Made by a program: the position numbers and the translations under genes. Source: Clostridia bacterium (GTDB lineage Bacteria; Bacillota; Clostridia; Saccharofermentanales; UBA5734). From it: a stretch of DNA of 64,000 bases. Below, in pieces: positions 36,480 through 45,740 of this stretch (position 1 is its first letter; every line of letters begins with the position of its first letter). The notes below the pieces were generated by a model, which ran no database searches, was not told where the DNA came from, and saw only the letters and a program-made list of their open reading frames with translations. Where the stretch lies: contig JAXGZQ010000001.1 of assembly GCA_040776905.1 (NCBI GenBank), forward strand, positions 1,564,400 to 1,628,399, read 5' to 3'.

Positions 36480-36497
36480 ATGAAGAAAATTCGCTGA
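36480..36497 (+). CDS. candidate 5-codon leader peptide (MKKIR) upstream of the ABC-F gene
   Basis: ATG AAG AAA ATT CGC TGA, preceded by AAAGGGAAG (36467-36475). It lies ~45 nt downstream of the predicted -10 and ~200 nt upstream of a terminator that occludes the SD. Confidence 0.35.
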   Translation: MKKIR

Positions 36498-36695
36498 TTT
36501 TTTCCAAACGCCGGACACTCGGGCTGGATGAGACTGTCTTTACGGACTGTCCTGTTCCAGATCATCTGACATAAGTCTGATGATGATCCCCATGTCCTGC
36601 CGGAAACAGCGAAGCATCTGATTGTTCCCCTGCGCACAGCCAAGCGATGCCCGAAGGGCTGACACGGCTGGCCCGGCCAATCTCCTGATGATCGG

Positions 36696-36721
36696 TTTCC
36701 GGCGATCCCGGAGGTTTTTTT
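36696..36721 (+). terminator. attenuator: terminator hairpin that sequesters the ABC-F Shine-Dalgarno
   Basis: TTTCCGG (36696-36702) pairs with CCGGAGG (36708-36714) across the loop CGATC, giving 5 Watson-Crick and 2 G-U pairs. It is followed by T7 (36715-36721), and the ABC-F ATG at 36722 comes immediately after. The GGAGG RBS forms the 3' arm of the stem. Confidence 0.5.
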
Positions 36722-38284
36722 ATGGCGGTACTGCAGGCCCTTCAACTCAGTAAATCATTTCCCGATAATGAACTTTTTCACGATCTGACATTCAGTCTGG
36801 AGCGGCATGAACGAGTCGGTCTGGTTGGAATCAATGGCAGCGGCAAGACGACATTGCTGCGAATTCTGGCTGGTCTGGAACCGCCCGACAGCGGTCGTAT
36901 TCAATTCAGCAAAGGCAGCTTGACCGGGTTGATGCGTCAGGATCCGGATCCCCGCCAGGATGCGGCGATGATCATCGAAAGCAGCACGGACCCGGCAGGC
37001 GCAGCCCTACTTTACCAGACCGGACTGCCTGTTATGCCACTGGATCAGCCGGATCGCCTCTCGGGCGGAGAACGGACGCGCCTTGCCCTGAGCCGCTGTC
37101 TGACAGCCGGGTATGATATTCTGCTGCTTGACGAACCAACGGCGAATCTTGATTTTGGCGGTATCCGCCAGACGATTCAGCTGATCAATACTTATCCGGG
37201 CAGTCTGGTGATCGTCTCGCATGACCGCTATTTTCTGGATGAGACGGTTTCGCGCATCATCGAACTGGAGCATGGTGTTCTGACCAGCTATGAAGGCAAT
37301 TACACGGATTATCGTGCCGAGAAAAAACACCAGTACGAAGCCAGTCTGCATCGCTACCAGTCATCTGTGCGCGAAGAATCGAGGTTGGAGGCCTCTATCC
37401 AGGTGATTCAGCAGCGGGCAGAGAAATCCCACCGGCTATCGACGGCCAAGGACAGCAGCGGCCTGAAAATGGGCCTGAAGGAGGGGAAACGGGTGAGAGC
37501 CCGCAAACTGGACCGGCAGGCGAAAAATGATATCAGGCGGCTGGAACGACAGCGGCAGGGCCGGGAGGCTAAACCGAAAGCAGAGCGCAGGCTGCAATTT
37601 GAGATCGCGTCGGCCGGTCCGCTCGGGCATCGGATCATCGAAGCCAATGATCTGGCGAAGGGCTATCAAGGACGCAGGCTATTTGCGGACAGTCGTTTTT
37701 ATGTCAGCCGGGGTGAGAAAATCGCGGTCTTCGGACCAAATGGCTGCGGCAAGACGACCTTGGTCCGAATGATTCAGGGGCTTGAACATCCAGACGAAGG
37801 GACCTTGTGGCTGAGTGGTTCAGCCCGGATTTTCTACTTGAATCAACAGACGGATGATCTGCCTGAACGACAGACGCTTTCAGAGTACCTGCTGACGATT
37901 GTCCCGAAACTGGACGGTCACGTGCGGGCGGTGATCGACCAGATCGGATTCTCTCAATCTCAACTGGAACAGCGTCTGGGCAGCCTGAGCATGGGTGAGC
38001 AGATGAAAGTCCGCCTGCTGGAGGCGATCCTCAGTCAGAGCGATCTGCTGATTTTGGATGAACCGACGAATTTTCTCGATCTGCATGCACGTGAGACCCT
38101 TGAGGACGCATTGACGGACTATGGCGGAACGGTTCTGATCGTCTCGCATGATCTCTATCTGCTGCGTCAGATCTGTGATAAAGTTCTCTTATTTGAACAG
38201 GGTAAAATCAAACGGATTGAAGACAGCTTCGCGGAATATTCCGATAAACGAATGCTCAATCCCGGTGACCGGATGTCACCTTAA
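36722..38284 (+). CDS. ABC-F family ATPase, antibiotic-resistance (ARE, VmlR/Lsa/Vga-like) type
   Basis: Two NBDs (GINGSGKTT...LSGGERTR...LLLDEPTANLD and GPNGCGKTT...LSMGEQMK...LILDEPTNFLD) are joined by a basic ~80-aa linker (...RAEKSHRLSTAKDSSGLKMGLKEGKRVRARKLDRQAKNDIRRLERQ...). There are no TM domains. 520 aa. Confidence 0.85.
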   Translation: MAVLQALQLSKSFPDNELFHDLTFSLERHERVGLVGINGSGKTTLLRILAGLEPPDSGRIQFSKGSLTGLMRQDPDPRQDAAMIIESSTDPAGAALLYQTGLPVMPLDQPDRLSGGERTRLALSRCLTAGYDILLLDEPTANLDFGGIRQTIQLINTYPGSLVIVSHDRYFLDETVSRIIELEHGVLTSYEGNYTDYRAEKKHQYEASLHRYQSSVREESRLEASIQVIQQRAEKSHRLSTAKDSSGLKMGLKEGKRVRARKLDRQAKNDIRRLERQRQGREAKPKAERRLQFEIASAGPLGHRIIEANDLAKGYQGRRLFADSRFYVSRGEKIAVFGPNGCGKTTLVRMIQGLEHPDEGTLWLSGSARIFYLNQQTDDLPERQTLSEYLLTIVPKLDGHVRAVIDQIGFSQSQLEQRLGSLSMGEQMKVRLLEAILSQSDLLILDEPTNFLDLHARETLEDALTDYGGTVLIVSHDLYLLRQICDKVLLFEQGKIKRIEDSFAEYSDKRMLNPGDRMSP

Positions 38285-38355
38285 CTTGCACCGCATTAAC
38301 GCCGGATAACAGAAAAGGGTATACTAATCATATCAGGAAATGGGGGATCAGAGAA

Positions 38356-39135
38356 ATGAAACTAGGGCTATGCTGCTCAATTGATGACGCCGAAACAGCG
38401 AAAGCGATCGGTTATGACTATTTTGAGTGTAATTTCGCGGCCATGACCCAGCTGGATGAACCAGCCTATCAGGCGATGGCCGAAACCGTTGAGACGATAG
38501 CGTTTCAACCGCTGGCGATGAATGTGATGCTCAGCAGTGGTTTTCGCCTGACCGGAGAAGCGGCCGACCCTGAAGCGGCCCGCGGTTTTCTCGTTAAGGG
38601 GATGGCACGGGCCGCCCGGCTGGGGACACAGATTGTGGTCTTCGGTTCCGGAGGCGCCCGTAATCTGCCGCCGGATTTCCACGACCGGCCGAGAGCGTAC
38701 GATCAGATCACTGACTTCGCCCGCATGGCCGGGTCGATTGCCGCCGAACATGGCATCACCATCGCGATTGAGCCTCTGTCGTTTCGTGAAGGCAATATCG
38801 TTAATCTGATCGGTGAAGCGGTCTATCTGGCCGATCGGGTCGCGCTGCCTAATGTGAGGGTTCTGGCTGATTATTACCATATGGTCGGCAACCGGGAAAC
38901 CGCCGGAATACTCCAGGGACTTGCCCCCTGGATCGCGCATTGCCATATTGCCCAGTCACCGCTGCGAACCTATCCGTCGCCGGATGACGGGCAGGACTAT
39001 CGACCGCTCTTCCGGGCGCTGAACGCCGGCGGCTATCAGGGCGGCATCAGTGTTGAAGCCGGACGACCGGATCCTTTCGTGGAAAAAGCGCAGGAAACCC
39101 TGACCTATCTGAAGCAGTTGACGGCTGAAACCTGA
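38356..39135 (+). CDS. sugar phosphate isomerase/epimerase (xylose isomerase-like TIM barrel)
   Basis: 259 aa. Blocks GTQIVVFGSGGAR, ITIAIEPL and HCHIA are typical of the AP-endonuclease-2/TIM family. Confidence 0.8.
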   Translation: MKLGLCCSIDDAETAKAIGYDYFECNFAAMTQLDEPAYQAMAETVETIAFQPLAMNVMLSSGFRLTGEAADPEAARGFLVKGMARAARLGTQIVVFGSGGARNLPPDFHDRPRAYDQITDFARMAGSIAAEHGITIAIEPLSFREGNIVNLIGEAVYLADRVALPNVRVLADYYHMVGNRETAGILQGLAPWIAHCHIAQSPLRTYPSPDDGQDYRPLFRALNAGGYQGGISVEAGRPDPFVEKAQETLTYLKQLTAET

Positions 39136-39190
39136 ACACACAGATTGTCAGATGCTGTCACCGCAGACGGGTGGTAATAATTTCAATGAA

Positions 39191-39216
39191 AAAGCCCTGC
39201 GTCACCGCAGGGCTTT
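39191..39216. terminator. bidirectional intrinsic terminator
   Basis: AAAGCCCTGCG (39191-39201) / CGCAGGGCTTT (39206-39216) with loop TCAC. T-rich on the plus-strand side (cagTTTTTC); an A-run upstream gives a T-run on the minus strand. Confidence 0.65.
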
Positions 39217-39249
39217 CAGTTTTTCATATCCATTCAGCTCGCCAGGGTG

Positions 39250-41259
39250 TCAATCTATCTGATTCATCTCGATCGCCTGCCAGGCATCCGGCAGCTCAAC
39301 GGTCAGGCTGGCCGATCCATCGCGATCAGACACCGCCAGCAGCTGATCGGTGAAAACCAATCGGGCTTTGATCCGGTCAGCGGCCAGACCTGGCAGATCA
39401 ATCGTCACCCGGACCGGGTTCAGATAGCTGAGCGGCCGTTTGCCGATACCGTTGATCAGATGGAGCAGATACGCATCCCGGCAGCGGAAGACCGTCATCT
39501 GAATGCCAGGCTGACGACTGACGTGAACAAGTGGCCGGTTGATCTGGGAGCGGATCAGCTGCTCTGCCAGAACCAGATGGTCGTGCAGTCCGAATTCGTT
39601 GATCAGATCTGACAGACTGAACAGCAGGCTGATCACCTGGCCGCTGCCGGCCTGGTTTCGGGTGATCAGGGGAATTTTGGTCCTGGACGCTGGCAGGCTG
39701 GCGCGTTCCGGCGGAGCGCCGACCGCTTCAAGCGGTGCGAAAGACGGGACCAGAGTTGCCAGGCAGTCTGCCCGATCGGCCCGGGCATAGGTGACGGAAC
39801 CGCGCAGCGGCAGCAGCTCAACCTCGTTGAAAGCAGACGGTATCAGAGCATGGCCGGTCGGCTCCAGACGCAGGTAGGCGGCTGTCAGTGGTTCACTTTG
39901 AACCTGTGAGGCATGCAGCCCCGAAAGCTCGCGTAATGTATCTGACGTATCCGGCAGACGGCCTTCCGTGATCAGGTGGCCACCTTGCCGGACATAGTCA
40001 TCGATGGCTTCAATCAGGTGTGGACTCCAATTGAAACCGGAAGGGACAATGACCACCTGGCAGGCCTCAAGTTGTCGGTGGCTGACAATTTCCTGCTGCA
40101 GCAAGGTGTAGGGGATATGCGCGTCACTGAGCGCCTGAAGCCAGCCATGGTCCTGCGGCCGCCCGTCCCAGAGCAGCCCGGCTTCCGTATAGGGCGATGC
40201 TGTCTCCATCAGGGATTCTATCTGTTTGGCCTTCGCGTTGACTGTCCGGACGCTGTGCAAAATCCGCTGATCAAGAATGGTATCAGGAATTCCGGTGAGC
40301 GAATGCCACAGTGATCCACCGGCGGCAGGAACCTGACTGAGCCAATACTGGTACTCCGCGGTTGGAAGTCCGGTATGGCGCCAGTCCATGCCGGGTGAGG
40401 AATGGATGATGCCGAAGGGGCGATAATCAGGCTGGGCCGCCTGACACAGCTGCATCCGGACCATGGGGGTCCAGTCGGCAGACAATCGCCTCCTGCCGCG
40501 GGACAGAATATTCTGCGATTCATCACAGATCAGTTCAGCAACCGGCTGGTCCAGATAACGGATCTGCTCATCCCAGTAGTAGAGGATAATTGGCAGATCC
40601 GGCTTTTCGTCCTTGACTGCCTTTCGCAGCAGCAGCGCATTATCGCGCATCTGTTCGCTGCGCCATGAAGGATCAAAGTCATCAGCGTCATCTGGCATCG
40701 GATTTTGATAGAGCTGTTCATAGCGGGAGCGGCAACGGTCGCACCAGCAATCCGTCGGGAAAGGAGCGTTGTAGAACAGACCGTCAAAATCATAGCGGGA
40801 AACAGCTTCGCGCAGAACCTGAGCCCCTCCGGCTTCGTTTCGCCACGGCGACTGCATGCAGGTGTGATAGAGCAGCGACCAGCCGCCGGGCCTTTCAGCT
40901 CCGATCAGGCGCGGGCTTCCGGTCTGGTCACGGGCGACCCAGTCAGGATGCTGCAAATAAGCTTCATCGTGTATTTTGCTGAAGTCGAACCGGGCGATGA
41001 AACGGATATTCAGCGCGTGACAGGCTGCGATGACTTCCGCGACCAGATCGCGGCCGGCTGGCAGGAACTCATTGACATGATGGCCTTCCACCTGGCTGTC
41101 ATACCAGGCATAAATACCACCCAGATTGAAGACGAGCGCGTTGGCTCCCAGTGATTTGATCTGCCCGGCCAGCCGCTTCGGCTCGATCCGCGCGGTGTCG
41201 CGGACCTGCAAATTGGTCTGAATCACACGCGTCGGGTGTTGGTACCATTCAGTTTTCAT
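39250..41259 (-). CDS. GH42/GHL6-like putative glycoside hydrolase-like protein, paralogue P2
   Basis: MKTEWYQHPTRVIQTNLQVRD, HPDW, and YHTCMQS...DCWCDRCRSRY. Start set at ATG 41259 (GGAGG 6 nt upstream), overlapping the P3 stop by 11 nt. The ORF track starts at 41367. Confidence 0.8.
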   Translation of the reverse strand: MKTEWYQHPTRVIQTNLQVRDTARIEPKRLAGQIKSLGANALVFNLGGIYAWYDSQVEGHHVNEFLPAGRDLVAEVIAACHALNIRFIARFDFSKIHDEAYLQHPDWVARDQTGSPRLIGAERPGGWSLLYHTCMQSPWRNEAGGAQVLREAVSRYDFDGLFYNAPFPTDCWCDRCRSRYEQLYQNPMPDDADDFDPSWRSEQMRDNALLLRKAVKDEKPDLPIILYYWDEQIRYLDQPVAELICDESQNILSRGRRRLSADWTPMVRMQLCQAAQPDYRPFGIIHSSPGMDWRHTGLPTAEYQYWLSQVPAAGGSLWHSLTGIPDTILDQRILHSVRTVNAKAKQIESLMETASPYTEAGLLWDGRPQDHGWLQALSDAHIPYTLLQQEIVSHRQLEACQVVIVPSGFNWSPHLIEAIDDYVRQGGHLITEGRLPDTSDTLRELSGLHASQVQSEPLTAAYLRLEPTGHALIPSAFNEVELLPLRGSVTYARADRADCLATLVPSFAPLEAVGAPPERASLPASRTKIPLITRNQAGSGQVISLLFSLSDLINEFGLHDHLVLAEQLIRSQINRPLVHVSRQPGIQMTVFRCRDAYLLHLINGIGKRPLSYLNPVRVTIDLPGLAADRIKARLVFTDQLLAVSDRDGSASLTVELPDAWQAIEMNQID

Positions 41260-43405
41260 GGTCATCCTCCAGCCGCAGATGGACCGCGGCAAATTCATCG
41301 AGCTGATCAATCCGGATATGAATCTGCTGCTGCTCGGTTTTGCAGACCACAGATCCGCCATGTTCACAGCGCAGCCAGTCTGAGCCGGCCAGTTGTGTTC
41401 CTGCGTCCAGTTGAATCGTGATCTCCAGATCCCGGACGGAAACGAGCTGGCGCATGGGACGGCGGGTCGATCCGGTCATGTTGACAAGCGACAGAATCAG
41501 GGAGTCGGAATCCGCCGCGTCGCGGGTCAGCGCGACCTGTACGCTTTCCGGCGCGTTTGTTGACAGCGACAGCGGTTGTCCGGCGGTCCAGCGAACCGCG
41601 TTTTCCAGCGTCTGGATAAAATCCTCATGTCCGTTCGTGTAACAGCTGCGGTCGGTCTGGTTCGCGAAGTAGATGACCCGGCCCTGGCCATATTCGCGAG
41701 CGATGATGGTCGGGAACTCTGTTTCCAGCTGGTCGGTCCAGGCAAACTCCGGCGGCTGGTTATAAATCTGGGGGATATAGGTGCAGATGACTTCCTGATC
41801 ACTCTGGCCGCTGTAGCGGACCAGCAGCGTCCGATCCTCATTCATGATCACGCGGGTATGATCAATGTCCATGTCGGCCAGCACGGGATGGCCGGGCTGG
41901 CGAACAAGCTGGTAACAATCACTGCCGGTGTCGCGCCACATACCGGTCCAGCTGGCGCCGAACAGGTCGGACAGGCCGAAGTCTGGCCGGCGGGCACCCT
42001 GCTCGTCGAACAGGGAGGTCTGGTAGGTCGCGACCAAACCGCCGCCGCGCCGCACATAGTCGCGGATGATCGTGATCTGCTCATCACTGAGGTGTGTCGT
42101 GTTTGGCATGATCAAAGTTTTCAGGGTCATCAGTTTCTCCGGTGTCAGATCCAGATCCGTGATGAAGCTATACTGAATATGGCAGTCTGTCAGCATCCGC
42201 TCCACACCGCTGATCATCGTTCCGTACTGATCGAGTTCCTCCCGGTCATGCCCATTGGCGTCACGGCTGGGTTTGGAGTAGAAAATCGCGGTGTCCGTGA
42301 CCGGCTGCTGATTGCGCAGCAGGTCTTCATGCAGCAGGCTGTATTGATAGGCCGGCTGTTCGATCATTGCGTTGCGGGTGTCCTCGGTCGCCCCGGGGTG
42401 CTGCCCGTTGAACATGCAGTTCCACATACCGCCGCCGACACTCAGAGTCTGCCACAGCCAGATTCGGGTTTCGGTTGAGGGTGCCTTGATATAGCGCCAC
42501 TTGGTTCCGTTGTTGCCATAGAGAACGATTGCCTGCTTGGCGGGGTCCAGCGCTTTGAGAAAACGGATGGTTGAGGCTGGTGCGTTGAGATGATCGTATT
42601 TACGGCCCGGGTGCGCGCTGCCGTCCTGAAACGCGGGACTGAGCAGGAAATCGAAATAATCTCTGGCGTTATATAGATCAATGCCGGTCTGGACAGCATT
42701 GCCGACATGGAACATGCCGAAGATCTCGGCGCAATAAGCTTTGTCTTCACCGAAGCTCTTCACCGTTGATCGCATCCGCTGCATGTGGCGGTCGGCATGG
42801 CCGGCTTTCCAGGCACGGTACTCAGCGAAGACCGGTGAGGTATAATCATTGGTTTCAGGGATTTCATTCCCGGTCTCCTGGCGGTACAGGGTACGGCAGG
42901 ACTGGCAGTAACAGGGGCCGATACCGAAGTTAAGACAGTTCTGCCAGATGCCGTCCACGGCATAGCGGCTCATGAACTGCCGCAGATAGTCCACCGCGTG
43001 ACCGTTCGCGTACTCACCGGTATAACAGGGGCGCCGGATGAATTTCCAGAGTACATGCGGATCGCCCTTGACGTCCTGGGCGAACCAGTCCGGCTGCTGC
43101 TCATAGCGTTCGGGTTCAACCCCGCGGAAATCGAGGCGGGCAATGACTTTGATATCCGCCGCGTGACAGGCATCAATCAATTCGGCCAGCCAGTCCTGCC
43201 CGCCGAGAAACTGGTTGATGCGCGCAAGATGAGTCTTGTTGGGGAAATAGTCGATGACACCACCGCCATTGACGATCATGCAGTTCGCGCCGATGGTCTG
43301 CAGATAGCGGACGACCTCGTCCGCGCGATAGTTGCGGATATCCGGTTCACGCAGAACCGACTGTACCATGCGAAGAGGTTTCTGATACCAGTGAAGGCTG
43401 TTCAT
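41249..43405 (-). CDS. GH42/GHL6-like putative glycoside hydrolase-like protein, paralogue P3
   Basis: MNSLHWYQKPLRMVQSVLREPD, QPDW, and RRPCYTG...GPCYCQSCRTLY. A GH42-trimerisation-like segment reads TLKTLIMPNTTHLSDEQITIIRDYVRRGGGLVATY. Confidence 0.8.
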   Translation of the reverse strand: MNSLHWYQKPLRMVQSVLREPDIRNYRADEVVRYLQTIGANCMIVNGGGVIDYFPNKTHLARINQFLGGQDWLAELIDACHAADIKVIARLDFRGVEPERYEQQPDWFAQDVKGDPHVLWKFIRRPCYTGEYANGHAVDYLRQFMSRYAVDGIWQNCLNFGIGPCYCQSCRTLYRQETGNEIPETNDYTSPVFAEYRAWKAGHADRHMQRMRSTVKSFGEDKAYCAEIFGMFHVGNAVQTGIDLYNARDYFDFLLSPAFQDGSAHPGRKYDHLNAPASTIRFLKALDPAKQAIVLYGNNGTKWRYIKAPSTETRIWLWQTLSVGGGMWNCMFNGQHPGATEDTRNAMIEQPAYQYSLLHEDLLRNQQPVTDTAIFYSKPSRDANGHDREELDQYGTMISGVERMLTDCHIQYSFITDLDLTPEKLMTLKTLIMPNTTHLSDEQITIIRDYVRRGGGLVATYQTSLFDEQGARRPDFGLSDLFGASWTGMWRDTGSDCYQLVRQPGHPVLADMDIDHTRVIMNEDRTLLVRYSGQSDQEVICTYIPQIYNQPPEFAWTDQLETEFPTIIAREYGQGRVIYFANQTDRSCYTNGHEDFIQTLENAVRWTAGQPLSLSTNAPESVQVALTRDAADSDSLILSLVNMTGSTRRPMRQLVSVRDLEITIQLDAGTQLAGSDWLRCEHGGSVVCKTEQQQIHIRIDQLDEFAAVHLRLEDDHEN

Positions 43406-43457
43406 GATGCTGCCGCCTTTCTTATGTTGAAATGGAATGGATGGTCAAAGTATTCTC

Positions 43458-43487
43458 ATTTTAGGTTAAGCCTGAGATCCCTGTCAA
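43458..43487 (-). promoter_or_regulatory. promoter of the P3-P2 operon
   Basis: On the minus strand: consensus TTGACA (complement of 43482-43487), an 18-nt spacer, and TAAAAT (complement of 43458-43463). Confidence 0.5.
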
Positions 43488-43511
43488 ACCGGGCACGCGG
43501 TGTCGGGGGTC

Positions 43512-43520
43512 TGTTATAAT
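43512..43520 (+). promoter_or_regulatory. extended -10 element (TGTTATAAT) for P4
   Basis: TG-T-TATAAT at 43512-43520, about 30 nt upstream of ATG 43551. There is no good -35. Confidence 0.4.
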
Positions 43521-43550
43521 AGTGGCATATCGCAACAGGGAGGGACATCA

Positions 43551-45689
43551 ATGGGCGCCTGGTATGAGACAACAAAACGCTGGTGTCAGACCAATCTGAC
43601 CGAGGATGATCTGCAGCGCAGTGATCTTTCGTTCTGGCAGAAGTTCTGGCGGGAACAGGATATTCAGGGCGTTATAATCAACTGCGGCGGGATCGTCAGT
43701 TATTTCAACAGCCAGTCACCGGATCTGTACCGACCGGCCCAACTGGGTGAAACGGATCTGTATGGCCGTTATCACGCGGCCGCCCGTGACATGGGACTGG
43801 CCGTGATTGCCCGGATGGACATCAATAGCATGCATGAAGCGTTCTACAGAAAGCATCCGGACTGGTTCTGCGTGGACCGTGACGCCAATCCGGTGATGAC
43901 GCAGGGCCGCTATGTCGCCTGTGTCAGCGGCGGATATTACCGGCAGTTCATTCCCATGATACTGCGGGAAATCATCGAACGCTATCATCCGGACGGATTT
44001 GCCGATAACAGCTGGGCCGGCCTGGGACGCCAGAGCATCTGCTATTGCCGCAGCTGTCAGACCGGTTTTGAGGCGGCGACCGGACTGGAACTCCCCTTGT
44101 CCGCCAGCTGGGATGATGCGGCCTACGCACCATGGATCCGCTGGAATTACCAGCAGCGGGTGGATGTCTGGCAGCTGTTCAACGAAGTGACCCGCGAGGC
44201 GGGCGGTGAAGATTGCCGCTGGTTCGGCATGCTTCATGCCAATCCGTTTCATGCCGGTGACCGGTTTGTCGATCTGCGCCGTCTCCTGCAGCTGACCCCG
44301 TTTGTTTTTTGTGACCATCAATCGCGCGATGAGCTGAACGGTTTCGAGCAGAACAGTATCAATGGTGATCTGCTGCGTCTGGCAGCCGGCGGACAAGTTC
44401 CTGTGGCCCAGAGCATGGCGCATTACTTCCGCGGCATCAGGACCTACCGTCTCAGCGCCGCGGCACCGGGTGAGGTCAGGCTGTGGATGTTGGCTGGATT
44501 TGCCGGCGGGATACTGCCATGGCTGCATTTCATCAGTGGAAACCAGGAAGACCGGAGGCGCTTTCACCTGACCGGTGACCTGGTTCATTTTCATAAACAA
44601 CATGAAGACCGGCTGACCGGAAGGACTCCACTGGCACGAGTCGCTGTTCTCTGGAGCCAGGATAATATTAATTTTTACGGACGCGATCAGGTGGTTGAGC
44701 GGTGTGAGTATCCCTGGCGCGGTATGATCCACGCGCTGTCTGAAAAGGGAGTTCCGGTTCTGCCGCTGCATGCGGATGATCTGGCCGATCATCTGGATCA
44801 TCTGAAGCTGCTGATTCTACCCGATCTGGCGGTGCTTTCCGAGTCACAGACCGATTGTCTGCTCGACTGGATGCGGCGCGGCGGCTCTCTTGTACTCAGC
44901 CAGCGGACCAGCCTGCTTGATCCGGACGGCCAGCCCGGGATCCATTCCCGTCTCTGGCAGGCACTTGGCCTTTCCGGCGGTCGAAAAATGATCGGTCTGG
45001 CTGACAGCGGCAGCGCGGCCTGGACTCAGCATGAAACACACAGCTACCTTCGACTGCCGGAGAATGACCGCCATCCGATGCTTGACGGGTTCGCCGACAC
45101 TGACATCCTGCCGTTTGGCGGCCGGGTCCTGGCGATTCGCTCTGACGGACCGCTTCGTCCTGTCCTGACCTATATTCCGTCGTTCCCGATTTATCCACCG
45201 GAATTCAGCTGGATCCGCGGTGAGCAGAGTGACGTCGCTCCGATTCTGGCCGGTGAATGGCCGGAAGGCGGCCGTGTAGTGTATCTGGCCGGTGACATTG
45301 ACCGCTGTTATGGCCGGTATCAGACGCCTGATCTGGGCCGGCTGCTCTATCAGGCTGTTCGGTGGGCTGCGCGAGACCGGCTGGGCTGCCGGGTCGAAGC
45401 GCCCGGACATGTCCACACGGCCCTGTCCGTTCAGAAAGACGGCCTGATGATTCAACTGATCAATCTCGCCGGCGCGGACGGTCCGGTCGGCACCTGCCGC
45501 GGTGCTCTGCCGATCGGTCCGGTCAAGGTGATACTCGACACGGATCTGCTGCAGGAAGGCGCCGCGGCGGACTGCCAGGTCTCCGGACAGACGGTGCCTG
45601 TTGAGCCGCTGCCGAACGGGCAATGGTTGATCCGACTGGAAAAACTGCAGGAGCATGAACTGGTTTTATGCTATAATAATCCGGTATGA
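43551..45689 (+). CDS. GH42/GHL6-like putative glycoside hydrolase-like protein, paralogue P4
   Basis: MGAWYETTKRWCQTNLTEDD, HPDW, and YVACVSG...SICYCRSCQTGF. Start set at ATG 43551 (AGGGAGGGA upstream); the ORF track starts at 43500. Confidence 0.8.
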   Translation: MGAWYETTKRWCQTNLTEDDLQRSDLSFWQKFWREQDIQGVIINCGGIVSYFNSQSPDLYRPAQLGETDLYGRYHAAARDMGLAVIARMDINSMHEAFYRKHPDWFCVDRDANPVMTQGRYVACVSGGYYRQFIPMILREIIERYHPDGFADNSWAGLGRQSICYCRSCQTGFEAATGLELPLSASWDDAAYAPWIRWNYQQRVDVWQLFNEVTREAGGEDCRWFGMLHANPFHAGDRFVDLRRLLQLTPFVFCDHQSRDELNGFEQNSINGDLLRLAAGGQVPVAQSMAHYFRGIRTYRLSAAAPGEVRLWMLAGFAGGILPWLHFISGNQEDRRRFHLTGDLVHFHKQHEDRLTGRTPLARVAVLWSQDNINFYGRDQVVERCEYPWRGMIHALSEKGVPVLPLHADDLADHLDHLKLLILPDLAVLSESQTDCLLDWMRRGGSLVLSQRTSLLDPDGQPGIHSRLWQALGLSGGRKMIGLADSGSAAWTQHETHSYLRLPENDRHPMLDGFADTDILPFGGRVLAIRSDGPLRPVLTYIPSFPIYPPEFSWIRGEQSDVAPILAGEWPEGGRVVYLAGDIDRCYGRYQTPDLGRLLYQAVRWAARDRLGCRVEAPGHVHTALSVQKDGLMIQLINLAGADGPVGTCRGALPIGPVKVILDTDLLQEGAAADCQVSGQTVPVEPLPNGQWLIRLEKLQEHELVLCYNNPV

Positions 45690-45740
45690 TTTTTCTTCCT
45701 GACCACGATGAGATAAACAGATAAATGAGGTGAATAGCGA

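Noticed and set aside
36529-36548. Direct repeat GACTGTC...GACTGTC and the imperfect hairpin ATCATCTGA/TCTGATGAT in the ABC-F leader, considered as the anti-terminator.
   Set aside because: I could not pair either element convincingly with the 5' arm of the terminator (36696-36702) by eye. I leave the anti-terminator unassigned rather than invent one.
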